From: the human T2T-CHM13v2.0 reference genome, Homo sapiens
Reading direction: 5' to 3' (one strand)
Assembly (NCBI RefSeq): GCF_009914755.1
Contig: NC_060925.1
Length of the DNA: 64,000 bases
Shown here: positions 41,013 through 54,835 of the stretch, piece after piece
Layout: the number at the start of each line of letters is the position of its first letter
How positions within the stretch are numbered: position 1 is the stretch's first letter
Made by a program: the position numbers and the translations under genes
Notes under the pieces: generated by a model
What the model saw: only the letters and a program-made list of their open reading frames with translations
The model's database searches: none
What the model was told of the DNA's origin: nothing

Positions 41013-41992
41013 TCAGCTTATCCAAAGAACGTAGGGATTTTCGCTCTGGTCACAGTGTTTGTGGGTAGGGCAGGGGGAGGGAGGGGAGACGGACTTTTGG
41101 ACTAATCACATTATTATGTGACAGAGGTCATAACAATGTCTGGTTGTAGAAGGACCAGTTATCTTCATGGCCACTGCAGTCAGAATATTGGCCTCAACAA
41201 TCCAACTCCTATTAACATTCAGAAAGTAAACACAGAGGAAGAGTCTGAACTGAGAGGGTCGGGGAGGAGGGAGTAAGGGATTACCCTTAAAAAAAAAAGG
41301 ATGGGCTACATTTTGCAATAAGATTGGTAAAATTATTCCTGCAGAGTTAACAGTGATAAGAATTAGAGCCCACAACTTCAAAAACAGCTTTGAGTGGCAG
41401 AAAGTATCTTCCCCAGATGCCTTATTGAATTTGAATTTGCTAACCAGCTCAATCGCCTTTATGCAGTCAGTTAGGGCAGATTTCTATGGCTAATGAAGAT
41501 GAAAACAGTGAGTTCCCGTATGTCAGCCAGGAACTGTCCCACTGGATTTGTGGGGCGCACGGCAGCATCTACCTCCATTCTCCTCCAGGTGGACAGACCC
41601 ATTCTCCCTCAAAGGCACTTAGGCTTATACTTGGATTTTAGAAAGCAATAACAATTTATAGTTAGCTTTGAATTTGATAAGATTCTAGGTAGTGTCTTCA
41701 GAATTCCATGTCATTAACCTGGCCAAGGCCTTTCAGATTTCAACAGTCCTTATCGGACCCGAAACTGGAAGACTGGCCCTTTTTTCATACATTTACAAAG
41801 CAAACAGAGCCCATTTTTTTGAAAAGAGATGGGAGAGGAAGCTTCTCTCTCAGGACATCGAAGATGGAATTCTGATAGATCCTCAGAGAGCAAAAGGTGA
41901 CCATTAAATCTGAATCACGCCACTGGTTTTCATACAGTATATCCTGCTATTACTACACATCCAATATTGAGAACCAGGATATCTATGGTATT

Positions 41993-42079
41993 GTGATCAT
42001 TTCCCCTCACTTGAGCCTTGGCATAGGTATCCTAGTGTTGTAGATCTATGCCAAGGCTCAAGTAAGGGGAAATGATCAC
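41993..42079. repeat. Inverted repeat: 34-bp arms (33/34 match), 19-nt spacer
   Basis: gtgatcatttcccctcacttgagccttggcatag (41993-42026) vs ctatgccaaggctcaagtaaggggaaatgatcac (42046-42079). Confidence 0.97.
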
Positions 42080-42250
42080 TTACTTCCCAGGGGCAGTATT
42101 TACTTAAACATCCCTCCAAGAAGAGCTAAGTTGTTGAATTTGTACTCAAGACCCAGGGCTGCTCTAGGAAAGGGTGAGAACGTGGCATGGGATGAGCTGA
42201 GAGGTGCTGAATCCTGAACTTAAGGGTGATTCCAGAGGTGCCCTCCAATC

Positions 42251-42401
42251 TAGGGTTGCCATGCAATATTTGGGATATAGGTATACTAAAAAAATTATCA
42301 GTTGTCTCTCTGAAATTCAAAGTTTTTTTACTTTGTATTTTATCTTTGTATTACCTGTCTTTATTTATATTTTAAAATTCTGTTTTCTATCTGGCATCCC
42401 T
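42251..42401. mobile_element. MER53-like hAT MITE
   Basis: TIRs TAGGGTTGCCA / TGGCATCCCTA; internal tatactaaaaaaattat..tctgaaattcaaa. Confidence 0.7.
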
Positions 42402-43866
42402 ATTTTAATCACAATCTCCAAAACTAAAGAACAGAGCCAAAGTGTCAGTTCATGTAAGCTAGACAGAAAGGTAGATTCTAGTAACCAGGCAAGGGGATCA
42501 ATTAGAGAGAACCAACAATGACAGATTAAAACAAGATATTTTGAGTTGTTGGAAGCAATAGAAGTTATTGACTGACTGAAACATGCAGTGTGCTATATAA
42601 TAGCGTTTGGTGAAGGCAGGACAGTTAATAGAAATGAGTGTCTAAGAGACAGGTACTGCTATTACTCCTATTTTTGCTGAAGAAATGGAGGCATGCAGAG
42701 TATAGGTAACCTACTCCAGGGAGCACAAGCAGTAGAATCAGAACTAGAACTGGAATTGGCCTCCCGTGGCCAAGTCTTGCAAACTTGATACTCTATTTAG
42801 GAGGGCTTTGCTCTTTTATTTGCTTACACAAATTTTAGGTGCTTAACAACATCAGAAACTCCCTTCTGAAGACAGTTTTCTGTGTGCAGCTTAAGGACAG
42901 GTTGATGGAAAGAAAAATCAGAGTTATCAGATTCTCCTTTAATATTAGCTGATTAATAAAGACATTGTTTAGAAGAGTAAGTTTTAGATAATAGTAATAT
43001 GTGGTTGTTTTAAAAAGCCACAGTTCATTTGTATTCTGTTGTCAGTTACAATGCCTTCTATTTCAGGAACAACTGACTTCTGATCTGTTCGCGGATTCAG
43101 TAAGACCCTTGTTGAGAATGTCATGGGTGTCAAGCCCTGCACTAGACACTAGATACGGTCATGAAAAGATGCAGAGTGCACAGTGCCCGCTCTCTGAGAA
43201 ACTATGCTTCTCTCGTTGCATTTTGTGCAGACCTGGATTTTCTCTTTGCCCCTCCAGACCCCTACTGACCCTGCTGTGTGGCCTGGAAGACTAACTTCTT
43301 CCCCCTTCATCTTTTAGATTTCTGCTTTTCACAAGGTTTGGTCTGCAGCAGGAACTGGGGAGATGGAAAAGGTGGAGAGAGGTTGGGGGTTTCTTGCCTG
43401 CTCCTTCCCTAAGAGAAATCTGTTTCTCTTCTAGAGTCTCAGATCCTGCAAGCAGCCCCTCTTCACAGCCAGATCTCTGAGTTCTCATATTTGTCCCCTG
43501 CCTGCCACTTCCCAACAGGCTGACGGGTGATAAAGGCCTCCCTTGTTGCTGATTCCTGGGGCTTTACCATAGCTTGTCAGTCTCCTCAATCCTGTGCTGG
43601 TTTCTCTAGATAGTCTGTCAATTTAAGTCCGTTCAGTGACCCCTTTGAGTGCGTCATCTCTTTCCAGCTGGGATGCTGACTGATAGAAGCATTGTAATCC
43701 CTCCAAAGTTACTGCTTTGCAGATGGTCTATAAATTCTGATGAAAAAAGAAATTCAAACCAAAGACAAAAAACTGAAGCAATGAAATACACTTGGGAGAA
43801 AGTAAAACTATAATGACATGCATGCTGACTGTACCCCAAGGAGAAAACAGGCCAGCACTGCCAGTA

Positions 43867-44349
43867 CAGTTGACCCCTAAACAATGTGGGGTTTGGAGAC
43901 CAACACCCCCACGCAGTGGAAAATCCATGTATGACTGCCCCAAAACTTAACTACTAATAGCCTACTGTTGACCAGAAGCCTTACCAATTAACATATATTT
44001 TGTATGTTATATGTATTATATATGGTATTCTTACAATAAAGTAAGCCAGAGAAAAGAAAATATTATTAAGAAAATCAAAAGGAAGAGAAAATATATTTAT
44101 TATTTATTAAGTGGAAGTGGATCATCATAAAGGTCTTCCTTTTCTTCGCCTTGATGTTGAGTAGGCTGAGGAGGAGGAGGAAGAAGAGGGATTGGTCTTG
44201 ATGTCTCAGGGGTGGCAGAAGCAGAAGAGGTGATGGAGGTGGAAGGGGAGGCAGGAGAGGCCAGTGCAGTCTGTGTAATTCGTATAGAAAAAAATCTGTG
44301 TGTAAGTGGACCTATGCAGTTCAAACCCCTGTTGTTCAAAGATCAGCTG
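43867..44349. mobile_element. Tigger2-derived MITE (Tigger2a-like)
   Basis: TIRs CAGTTGACCCCTAAACAA / TTGTTCAAAGATCAGCTG, TA on both sides; colinear with 39502-39935. Confidence 0.88.
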
Positions 44350-44984
44350 TATAGCGTATTCCCATTCCGCCTACCAGAGTCCATCCCAAAAGAACTTCTT
44401 GTGTATGAATTATCAATGCATCATGTACTTGTGTAACCATGCAAACAGCATCCACTGCTAAACTACACAGTACACATTTCTATACATATATTTTATATAA
44501 ACATATACTCTATATACATTTCACATAATTAAGAGTTAGAAGAATTGATTAGGTTTAGTAAAGAGGAAAGGCACCACCCAGGGCAAATGACTGCTGCATT
44601 TGGTCAGAGATTTCTCAGAGGACCAAACACACTTCGAGCTGTCGAAAGAGATATAAAGAATAAAGAAGGATGTTATGGGAAGAAGCTTTTGTTTCTGTGT
44701 AAGGAAAAACTTTATAACAGTGTGAGGTCCCAAAATAATTTTGTGGATTAACTATATGTTGTTTGCTCATAAGAATCACTTGACTTTGGCTTTTGGTTAT
44801 ATAACCTATTTGGTTCTTTAAAGAAAATTTTATGAGCTTAATTATGTGGCAAAAACAGCTTAAAAAAAAAGATTTTCTGGGCAATCCCTAATAGCCCTCT
44901 TAATATAAGGCATGCCCGTTTTAGCCCCCTCATCTGCTGAAGGCTGGATTTAAAGGAGCCTTTTCTTTCTATCTCTCTCTCTCT

Positions 44985-45276
44985 CTTTTTTTTTTTTTTG
45001 AAACACTATCTTGCTTAGTCAACCAGGCTGGAGTGCAGTGGCACCATCATAGTTCAGTGCAGCCTTGACTTCTCGGGCTCAAGTGATCCTCCCACCTCAG
45101 TCTCCAGAGTAGCTGCCACTACAGGAGCCACCATGACCTGCTAATTTTTTGATTTTTTTGTAGAGACAGTATCCTGCTGTGTTGCCTAGGCTGGTCTCTA
45201 ACTCCTGAGCTCATGATCTTCCTGCCTTAGCCTCCCAAAGTGCTGGGATTACAGATGTGAGCCACTACACCCAGCC
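44985..45276 (-). mobile_element. AluJ
   Basis: Diverged reverse dimer. Confidence 0.9.
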
Positions 45277-46319
45277 TTATAGAGCCTTAATGGAAAATGA
45301 CATCTTGCCAGAAAAATGTAGGCATTAGTAGTCTTTTGCAACTGATAAGTGTGTCCTATTAAACAAAAACATAGTTCATAATGTATTAATATATAAGTAA
45401 ATCTGCCAGAACACCGGCTCATAGTGCTATGTAAGTGCCTACTAGTATTTTTATTGTTGTTGTTACTTTGCTTTGACAACATCTCATCACATTACAGTTT
45501 TAGTTCCAGTGGGTCCTGTGTCACTCTTCCAGAGTGCAAGGTGCTCCGCCTGGGGCCTCTTCACTTTCAGGGACAGTTTGTCTCAACTCTCACCACCCCC
45601 ACCCCATGGGAAGTCACACCTGGTCTCTACTTCTACAGAGAGGAGCAGAGTCTTCAGGGCGTGGCTGGCCCAGCTTCCTGGTTTCTGCCCCTCAGTGAGG
45701 CCTTGTTTCCTCTCCTGCAGCGCCCAGCTTGGGTTCCACCTCGAAGGCTACAGCAAGGCACCGACAGCCACAAGCGGTCACACGCAGACCTTCTACAGAA
45801 CCTCACTCCAAGACAGGAGATAGAGATGAGGCTGGGGGAAAATTACCATTAGTCTCCAAAGTAAAAGGAAAGTGGGACTTTCTGTCTGCCAATTATGGTA
45901 GATCATTCACGTGACCCAACAGCCAGTTACAAATACTGTCACCAGTAACCTTAAACTAGAACGGACCATTAACACTACTCATTAGTTGTTTAAACTTTAT
46001 GTAATAATTAAGTTGAATGCTTCTAATTTTGCAGTTTTTATTTTCTCAAAATATTTTCAAGTCTTTGTAAGATTCTCCTTGCTTATCACCTTCACATAGT
46101 ATGAGGCTTATTTTTATTTTTGGTTCACATCAAAATGCAACTAATATTAATTTGTTATTGCAGTTATAATTTTTATATACACAACTTATTGCAGTGGGAA
46201 AGACCTGAGAGATTCCTAAATAGAAGGAAACTCAGAAGTCATTTTCCCAAAAAAATTGTAGAAACATTGCCTTTTCAAAGATATTAATTTATATTTTTAT
46301 CAGTTTAAAAAGCAAATTA

Positions 46320-46608
46320 CGGGTGGTTCATGCCTGTAATCTTAGCATTTTGGGAGGCTGAGGCAGGAGGATCAGTTGAGCCCAGGAGTTCAAGTCCAGC
46401 CTGGGGAACATAGCAAGACCCTGTTTCTATAAAAAATTAAAAAAAAAAAAAAACTATCTGGGCATGGTGGCACACACCTGTAGTCCCAGCTATTTTGGGA
46501 GACTGAGGCAGAAGGATCACTTGAGTCCAGGAGGTCAAGGCTGCAGTGAGCCATGCACTCTAGCCTGGGCAACAGAGTGAGACTCTGTTTCTAAAAAAAA
46601 GAAAAAGA
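46320..46608 (+). mobile_element. AluJ
   Basis: Diverged dimer with expanded middle A-tract. Confidence 0.9.
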
Positions 46609-46734
46609 ATTGCAAAATGCCATCTAACTGATCACTTTCGAGCTGCTGACTTTAACAAAGAAACTTGTCCCTTGTTTAAGTCTGATGAAAAAGTTAATCC
46701 ATCAGCAAAAAACCCTTCAGGAGTAAAAATATAA

Positions 46735-48310
46735 TATCAATTTATTTGGGTTCAATTCAACCAATATTTGTTTATCATTTATTATGTACCAGGTACATTT
46801 CAAGGCACTGTAAATTTGGAGATGACTAAGGTGGCCCTGACCTCAGAAGCTCACAATTTCTCCCTGTGACAGGAAGCTAGACGAGGCACTCTAGTACAAT
46901 GCTTGGATCTGCACTGGAACCTGGGGCATGGGGCCCTGAGAGAGTGCCACAGAGGCTGTTGGCTTCTTCTGAAGGGAGCTTGGGCTTATTCGGTCCCATG
47001 TCTGTCCCCTGTGAGAGACTAGATACTGCTTGAGGACGAGGGCCAAGTCTTTACTGCTCTTTATTCCTGCTGAAAGTTCAGGGATCAATTTATCTTTTTT
47101 ATATAAAAGAAAGAGAAAAAGGGGGAGAGAGAGAGAAGGAGAAAGAGAAGAAGGATAAGGAGGAGAAGGAGAAAAGGAAGGAAGGAAGATGTTTTGGGCT
47201 GAATTGTGCACCCTCAAAATTCATACATTGAAGTCCTAACCACCAGTACCTCAGAGTATGACTCTATTTGGAAACAGGATTTTTAAAGAGGTAATTAAGG
47301 TAAAATGAGGTCATATGGGTAGCTCCTGATCTAGTAGGACTGGTAAGAAGGGGAGATTAGGACACAGACACACATGGAGGGAAGACCATGTAAGGACACA
47401 GGAGAAGGTGACCATCTGCAAACCAAGGAGGGAGGTCTCAGAAAAAAACCAAACCTGCCAACGCCTTGATCTCACACTTCTAGCCTCGAGGACTGTGAGG
47501 AATACATTTTTGTTGTTTAAGCCACCAAGTCAGTGGTGTTTATTATGGCAGCCCTGTCAAACTAATACAGAAAGAAGGAACATAAGAGGTCTTTCTTGAG
47601 TCAAACATTAAAGAATGAATGTGATTTTTTCTAAATTGAAAAAGGAAGAAGGAATGATTAATTTTGCCTGGAATAGGACAAGTCAGTAAAGATTTCATAG
47701 AGGAGATGACATTTGAGCCGGATCTTGAAGAGGTGCCAGAACTTGCCACTTGGAGAAGGAGACAAGAGGTTAAGGCAGAACAGGAAGAGTAACTCTATTA
47801 CAAAGAATCGCAAGTACGTGGAAAACAGATCTAACAGGGATATCTGACGTGTGGAATTGAGGTGAAAGACTCATGGGAAATAAGACTGGACAGATAGATG
47901 AGGAAGGACCAGACTATGGAAGACCAGTGGTAGAACAAGAAGGTAGTTTACATAGAAAAAAGAACTGATCTGGTCTTCAGTTTAGAAACAGATACCTGGA
48001 GGAGAAGAGAAGGGTGAAGAGAGAGCAGGAGATTAGTCAGGATCTGTCACCGTGGTGTAGACAGAAGGGGAGGAGGCTCTGAGCTCGAGAGAGGGGGGCA
48101 TGGGAATGAAAAGGTGAGTGCCAATGTCACATTGTGGGTGGAATCTCTAGAAATGATTGACCACAGCAGAAGCTGTGCTCAACAATCACACTAAGATTTT
48201 AAGCCAGGAAAGGGAAGATAACTGCACCAGGGGCAGAAATACAAAGTCAGGAGGAGGCACTGGCTATGATTGAGGGGAGATGATTTTATTTTAGATTTGA
48301 AGTGTGATAA
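46735..48310 (-). mobile_element. Fragmented L2, interrupted by MLT1B and a GA-rich tract
   Basis: ttcaattcaaccaatatttgtttatcatttattatgtaccagg..; ttcatagaggagatgacatttgagc. Confidence 0.55.
47190..47569 (+). mobile_element. MLT1B-like MaLR solo LTR
   Basis: TGttttgggctgaattgtg...gcagccctgtcaaactaataCA; colinear with the copy at 238-643. Confidence 0.88.
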
Positions 48311-48899
48311 AACTAATGTGTGTTGCAGTGATTAGGAGAGATCTGGAAGGAGAAGCTGCACTCTGGAAGAGGGTTTAGTGCCATCTGGACCCCAGTCTGT
48401 GGAGGCCACGTCATATCAGAGCAGACCTCCCACGTATGGCTGTGTTCCAGCGTTAGTCGTAAACCATTAATAGACACACTGTCCCTTTCATGGCCCCCAC
48501 CCTCCTGACTACTGCCCTTGAGAATATAACCTTGCTTTACCCTTCCTTGGAGAAGGTAAGTTATGGTGCCATAAAAAATATCCCAAAGTCTCAATGGCTC
48601 AAACAGTAAAGATTTATTTCTTGTTCACATTATACATCACGGTGTCATTGTCCTCCCTCTGGATCCAGGCCACGGAGCTGCTGTTCATAGTCATCATGGC
48701 ATCAGGAAGAGAGAGCTTGGCAAAGCCTTCGTGTGCACTTAAAACTTTCATCCCAGAGAGGCCCAAGCGCCGAGAGACACACCTCCTGTGTGGAAGGATT
48801 CCAGATGACAGATACAAAGGCAGCATGGGTTAACTGTCCAGCCCTCAGAATGCGCTGTGCCCTACTGTACTCCCCTCATAAAGCGGGGGGCCTTCGCAA

Positions 48900-49470
48900 T
48901 GGGGAAGCCAGGCAAACACCACGTCGGCCCAGTGACCAAGGTCTACACGCATCTGTGATGAGACATATTGGTAGCAGGATCTTAATGGGATGTGATGAGA
49001 AGGGCGTCTCTCCTCTGTGGTCTTCCCACCCCAACCCCATACCCTCAGTCTGATAATCATGGTGAAAACATCAGACAAACGCAAATTGAAGTATATTCTA
49101 CAAAATACCTGCCCTGGATTCCTCAAAACTGTCAAAGTCATCGAAAATGAGGAAAGTCTGAGAAACTGCCACAGCCCAGAGGAGGCTAAAAAAAAAGATG
49201 ACAAACAAATGCAATGTGATGTCCTGGATGGGACCCCGGACAGAAAACGGACCTTAGGGGAAACCTAGTGAAATCTGAGTAACATGTGCACTTTAGTTAA
49301 TGCACCAAAGTTGGTTCCTTAACTATGACAAAGGTAGCCAGAAAATGTAAGGTGTTACTAGTAGGAGAAACTGGGGGAGGGGCATGTGGAAACTCCATAT
49401 GCTATCCTCGCAACTTTTCTTCAAATCAAAGTATTCTTAAGAAAAGTGTTTATATAAATTAAACAAAAAA
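48900..49470 (+). mobile_element. L1MC-type 3' end
   Basis: aaaacatcagacaaac.caaattga..attctacaaaatacctg..tcaaaactgtcaaagtcat..gaaagtctgagaaactg. Confidence 0.75.
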
Positions 49471-51350
49471 GAGGTGCATGCCATTTCCACTCACAGAATT
49501 AACCCAAGAACTCGGAGCTCCTTGCTCACACCAGATTCTTCCTCTCAAATACTGTCACTCAATATCATGAGATTATGAAAATAAAGGAAGTCTATACCTT
49601 GTGGCCAGGAGTGACCAAATACTAAATAAATTTTTCAACTGTAGTTAGACGGAGAAAGGAAATCAAGTGAAATGGTATGCACCAATATTCTGTAAAACAA
49701 AGCAAAACAGCAAAGAGAAATAATATTTATTCAGGATTACCACTTCCAATTTCATTGACCTGTGGCCACACCTAACCCATGTGGCAGACGGTGGCAGTGT
49801 GCAGTCCCACCGTGTGTCTAGGGGATTTGTGGCTGTGCCTTCTTCCACCCTTTGGACCTGAAGCTTAGTGCCACTTCTCAGACTCCTGTGCCCTCGTGTG
49901 ACTCGTTGGCTAGGATTTCGATTTTTTTCTTTACTCATCCTGGGTGACTGTCTCCCTTGGTCCAGTCTGATCCCTGGAACACCCTAAAACACAAAGTCCT
50001 TTTTTGTGTATCATGCTTCTACACTGCCTGCCTGGCCCCAGGAGCGCCGTGGACAGAGAGAATAACATCTGCGTTACAAAAGGTTATCAGAACGCAGTAG
50101 AATTGAGGCTAGTGAGGAGGGTGGAATGGAACAGACCTAGAACCATGCATGATCTGCAGGGGACACAGCAAGGGGCCTGGCTGGCTAGGCTAAAGGGTTT
50201 ATGTGAGGGTGTACTAAGGAAACTGGAGGGAGATGTGGTGTTGGGTTGCGAAGGGTCCTGTGTGCTTGGCAGAGAAGCTTGCGCTTCTCCGAGTGGAGAG
50301 ATTCCACTGTGTCAGTGGAAGGGTGCAGGTTGCCTTGTTCTCCACAGAGGAATCTGGTGACAGTGCTCAGGAGGGATGGTGGCAGACATCAGAAATCAAA
50401 ATCTGAAAGCCAGAACCCATGTTCATTCAAATTACCATGAACATTCTGGAATGGAAAACAATAATAAAAAGAGGTCCAAAGGTGTGAGATGGAAGCTGTC
50501 AGTTTTAACTCCAAAATATACTTATCTCTTGTACACTATCTGTGGTTGAGATCCACAAGAAAGGGAGCTCCCAGAGTCATATGTTTAGATGTTTTGTTTA
50601 CAAATAAACTGTCACAGCATAGAAGTTTTCCTTCTCTCTCATCTGATTTTTTTTTCTTGGAGCAGTTTATAGTCTATATTTCCACTTCTCCTCTCAAAGT
50701 AACATACACCTTTGAATGGCTCGCAGGGTCACTTCTGCCTTCAACAAATTAGCAGCTGGGCCAGGAGCCAAGATCATGCAGTTTGGTGTTTCCAAGTGGC
50801 CTTGTTGCATCTGCTGGGCTAAATTACCAGTTTGTGGGACCAGCGGGCCCCAGTGTGTGTTGCTATGCCCCTGGGAGAGAGTCTCGTGTTTCTCTAGTGT
50901 CAGGTCTGTAGTCAGTATCATTACATTCTCATTTCTTCAAATATTGCCACTGATTGGAATTTGTTTTACAAAAGAGTCACTGAGTTGGAGTCATTGCTAC
51001 AAGAGTGCATTGACTTCTAGAGCAAATATAATAAAAGGTGAGTAGAAATTAGGTAATGAAGTAACAAATGTTTGGGGAAAGTGCTGGCTGCCGGCGTCCT
51101 GCTCCTGGATATCCAACACAGCATCTGTGAATTGCGCTCATCCAAGCTGCCATCAATCTGCCTTCTCTCTGCTGAAAACCTGTCTGCTATTCTCATGAAT
51201 TGCCAGCTAGGTAATAATTATATCTGTCCTAGGCACTTTACTCCTTTACAGAATTTTTTATAGTGTCCGTGGGATTCCTTTCCTAACACAGAACACGACA
51301 AGGTACAACAGTTAGGCACAGTGCATGATGTGAGGGTAAAGAGAAAGGCA

Positions 51351-51649
51351 GGCCGGGCGCGGTGGCTCATGCCTGTAATCCCAGCACTTTGGGAGGCCAA
51401 GATGGGTGGATCACGAGGTCAGGAGATGGAGACCATCCTGGCTAACACAGTGAAACCTCGTCTCTACTACAAATACAAAAAATTAGCAGGGCGTGGTGGC
51501 GGGCGCCTGTAGTCCCAGCTACTCAGGAGGCTGAGGCAGAGAATGGCGTGAACCCGGGAGGCGGAGCTTGCAGCGAGCCAAGATTGCGCCACTGCACTCC
51601 AGCCTGGGCAACAGAACGAGACTCCGTCTCAAAAAAAAAAAAAAAAAAA
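51351..51649 (+). mobile_element. AluY
   Basis: Diagnostic accatcctggctaacac and gaatggcgtgaacccgggaggcggagcttgcag; TSD aaagagaaaggca. Confidence 0.93.
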
Positions 51650-52404
51650 GAGAAAGGCAATGTTGGCAGCCTACTGATAAGCTTCCAAATGTCTCATTTC
51701 TTTTTGCTGAGGCTTTTGATTTTGCTTTGTTTCAGAAAACATTAGCATGTAAAATTTGATTTGGCTCTCCCGCTCCCTAGATTAGAAGTTAATAAATTTC
51801 ATTGGTATTTGATCTCGCCACAGGCTATTTCATTAGCTAAAGAAAAGTTTCATTAATTTTAGTGACCTCATAACTATACTGGATGGTAGACTCTGATGTG
51901 AGCAGGTAGTTACACTGTTCCTATTCGGTTTAATCTTTATATTTCCCTTGGAGATGGATGGCATGGCCCTGCTAATTTTCGCAGCTATATAAATATAGAT
52001 TAAAAACAGCATCTAAGATTGGATACTGTTATGGTTCTCCTGTCTGTTCTTAGGGTAATCAGGGATGCTTCTTTGTGGGAGGGACTGCCTGGAGCAAAGG
52101 GGCCCTCCCCAGGACTTGTGGGAGGGAAGCAGGCAAGAGACATTCAGACAAAGCCCATTAGGCACCTGGAGAACTTGACAGGCTATGATGATACAGACAA
52201 ATCATGGTTCCCTTGCCATTTCTTTTGCAGAAAGTAAAGAATTTTAGATCTATTACATGAATATGTTTAAAACACAAACAATTCATTGCTCCTGCTGGTA
52301 GCTTTTAAGATAAGTGGAAGAAATTATTATCCTAAATGGCATTTGAACTGTATAGTGAAAGCCCAATTTTATCTATTGTTTTGTATTTAAAACATTCAGA
52401 ATAA

Positions 52405-52810
52405 TGACAGATATGCACAACAACATGGATGTACCTCACAAACATGAAGTTGAGCAAAAGAATCCAGGCCCAGAAGATTATATGTTATTATTCTATTTAT
52501 GTAATAGTTATCTAAACAAAACAAAACAAAAACAGACAAAACCAATCTGTGGCATTAGAAGACCAGAGTGGTTATAGTCGGGGGTAGTGATGGGGGGTGG
52601 TTATAGTGGTTATAATTGGGAGTAATGATGGGGGTGGTTATAGCGGTTAGAGTTGGGGGTAGTGATGTGGGGGCAGGAAAGGGCCATCTGGGGGTGCTGA
52701 AGATGTTCTATTTTTGATACTGAGTTTATTCACTCTGAAATAGGTCATTGCAAGTTGTATACTTTTTTTGTAAATAGTTTGCATTTCATTAAAAATTTAA
52801 ACAAATAAAA
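52405..52810 (+). mobile_element. L1ME-type 3' end with internal tandem expansion (52568-52670)
   Basis: atgcacaacaacatggatgtacctcacaaacatgaagttgagcaaaagaa; repeated gtggttatag/gggggtagtgatg units. Confidence 0.65.
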
Positions 52811-52815
52811 AGAGA

Positions 52816-52818
<3 letters not shown>

Positions 52819-52846
<28 letters not shown>

Positions 52847-52897
52847 AGACAGAGAGGGCGAGAGAGAGCAAGAGAGTGAGAAAGCTAGAGAGAGAGA
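52819..52897 (+). repeat. Compound (CA)14-(GA)n microsatellite
   Basis: Perfect CA run 52819-52846 followed by imperfect GA run. Confidence 0.95.
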
Positions 52898-53429
52898 ATG
52901 TTTACATAAATGATCTCGTTTAATTTCCTGACAACAACCTGTGAAGGAGGCTTGGGGGATGTGAGGGCCCCACCCCCTGAGATGCTGTGGGTCTTGGAGA
53001 ACTAAGTGCTTTTGACCCACCTGTCTTCTAAAGAGGGTCCAGTGCCCTCCCTTCCCCTCCCCTGCACCTCACTGCCTGCTGGCAGGGCTCACCCATTGTA
53101 ATGTGTGGGTAAAATCAGGGGAGATGGACAAAGCCAGAGCCCTCTTGATGCTGAGTCTAGTATAGAGGAGAAGCGAAAGGCACACAGAATCCTGTACTCT
53201 GATTAGTAAGGAGAAAACCCAGATCAGAGGTCTGTAGTTTTTAAAAGCCAGTTAAACCCGGGAGGGTCCTCATAAACCCTCATGTGCAAAGGGCTTCCAA
53301 ACACACTTGGTTCATAAATTAACAGCTAAACAGGAACATGGATCCCCACCGATGGCTCCATGTGGGAGTCTGAGACCAGCAAGTACTCAGCGACCACCAT
53401 GGATGCCTTGTGTATTATTCGTCTCCTAT

Positions 53430-54756
53430 TGAGAGGTGACAGTGTGCTGGCAGTCCTCACAGCCCTCGCTTGCTCTTGGCGCCTCCTCTGCCTGGGCTCC
53501 CACTTTGGCGGCACTTGAGGAGCCCTTCAGCCCACCGCTGCACTGTGGGAGCCCCTTTCTGGGCTGGCCAAGGCCAGAGCCGGCTCCCTCAGCTTGCAGG
53601 GAGGTGTGGAGGGAAAGGTGCGAGCGGGAACCTGGGCGGCACGCGGCGCTTGCGGGCCAGCTGGAGTTCCGGGTGGGCGTGGGCTTGGCGGGCCCTGCAC
53701 TGGGAGCAGCCAGCCGGCCCTGCCGGCCCGGGCAATGAGGGACTTAGCACCCGGGCCAGTGGCTGCGGAGGGTGTACTGGGTCCCCCAGCAGTGCCAGCC
53801 CGCTGACGCTGCACCCGATTTCTCGCTGGGCCTTAGCTGCCTTCCCACGGGGCAGGCCTCGGGACTGCAGCCCGCCATGTCTGAGCCTTCCCCCGCCTCC
53901 GTGGGCTCCTGTGCAGCCCGAGCCTCCCCGATGAGCGGCGCCCCCTGCTCCACGGCGCCCAGTCCCATCGACTACCCAAGGGCTGAGGAGTGCGAGCGCA
54001 TGGCGTGGGACTGGCAGGCAGCTCCACCTGCAGCCCCGGTGCGGGATCCACTGGGTGAAGCCAGCTGGGCTCCTGAGTCTGGTGGGGACGTGGAGAACCT
54101 TTATGTCTAGCTCAGGGATTGTAAATACACCAATCGGCACTCTGTATCTAGCTCAAGGTTTGTAAACACACCAATCAGCACCCTGTGTTTAGCTCAGGGT
54201 TTGTGAGTGCACCAATGGACACTCTGTATCTAGCTGCGCTGGTGGGGCCTTGGAGAACCTTTGTGTCCATACTCTGTATCTAACTAATCTAATGGGGACG
54301 TGGAGAACCTTTGTATCTAGCTCAGGGATTGTAAATGCACCAATCAGCGCCCTGTCAAAACAGACCACTGGGCTCTGCCAATCAGCAGGATGTGGGTGGG
54401 GCCAGATAAGAGAATAAAAGCAGGCTGCAGGCGCCAGCAGTGGCAACCCACTCAGATCGCTTTCCACACTGGGGAAGCTTTGTTCTTTTGCTTTTTGCAG
54501 TAAATCTTGCTACTGCTCACTCTTTGGGTCCACACTGCTTTTATGAGCTGTAACACTCACTGTGAAGGTCTGCAGTTTCACTCCTGAGCCAGCGAGACCA
54601 CGAACCCACCAGGAGGAAGAAACTCCGAACACATCTGAACATCAGAAGGAACAAACTCCAGACACGCCGCCTTTAAGAACTGTAACACTCACGGCGAGGG
54701 TCCGCGGCTTCATTCTTGAAGTCAGTGAGACCAAGAACCCACCAATTCCGGACACA
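53430..54756 (+). mobile_element. Solo LTR12 (LTR12C-like, ERV9)
   Basis: Starts TGAGAGGTGACAG, ends CCAATTCCGGACACA; 4-bp TSD CTAT (53426-53429 / 54757-54760); tandem CACCAATC..CTCTGTATCTAGCTC units; AATAAA promoter box 54413-54418. Confidence 0.95.
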
Positions 54757-54835
54757 CTATCACTTCTGTAACAAAATACCACAAATTTCGTGGCTTAAAA
54801 CAACACAAATGTATTATCTTTTGTGTGTGTGGTTT

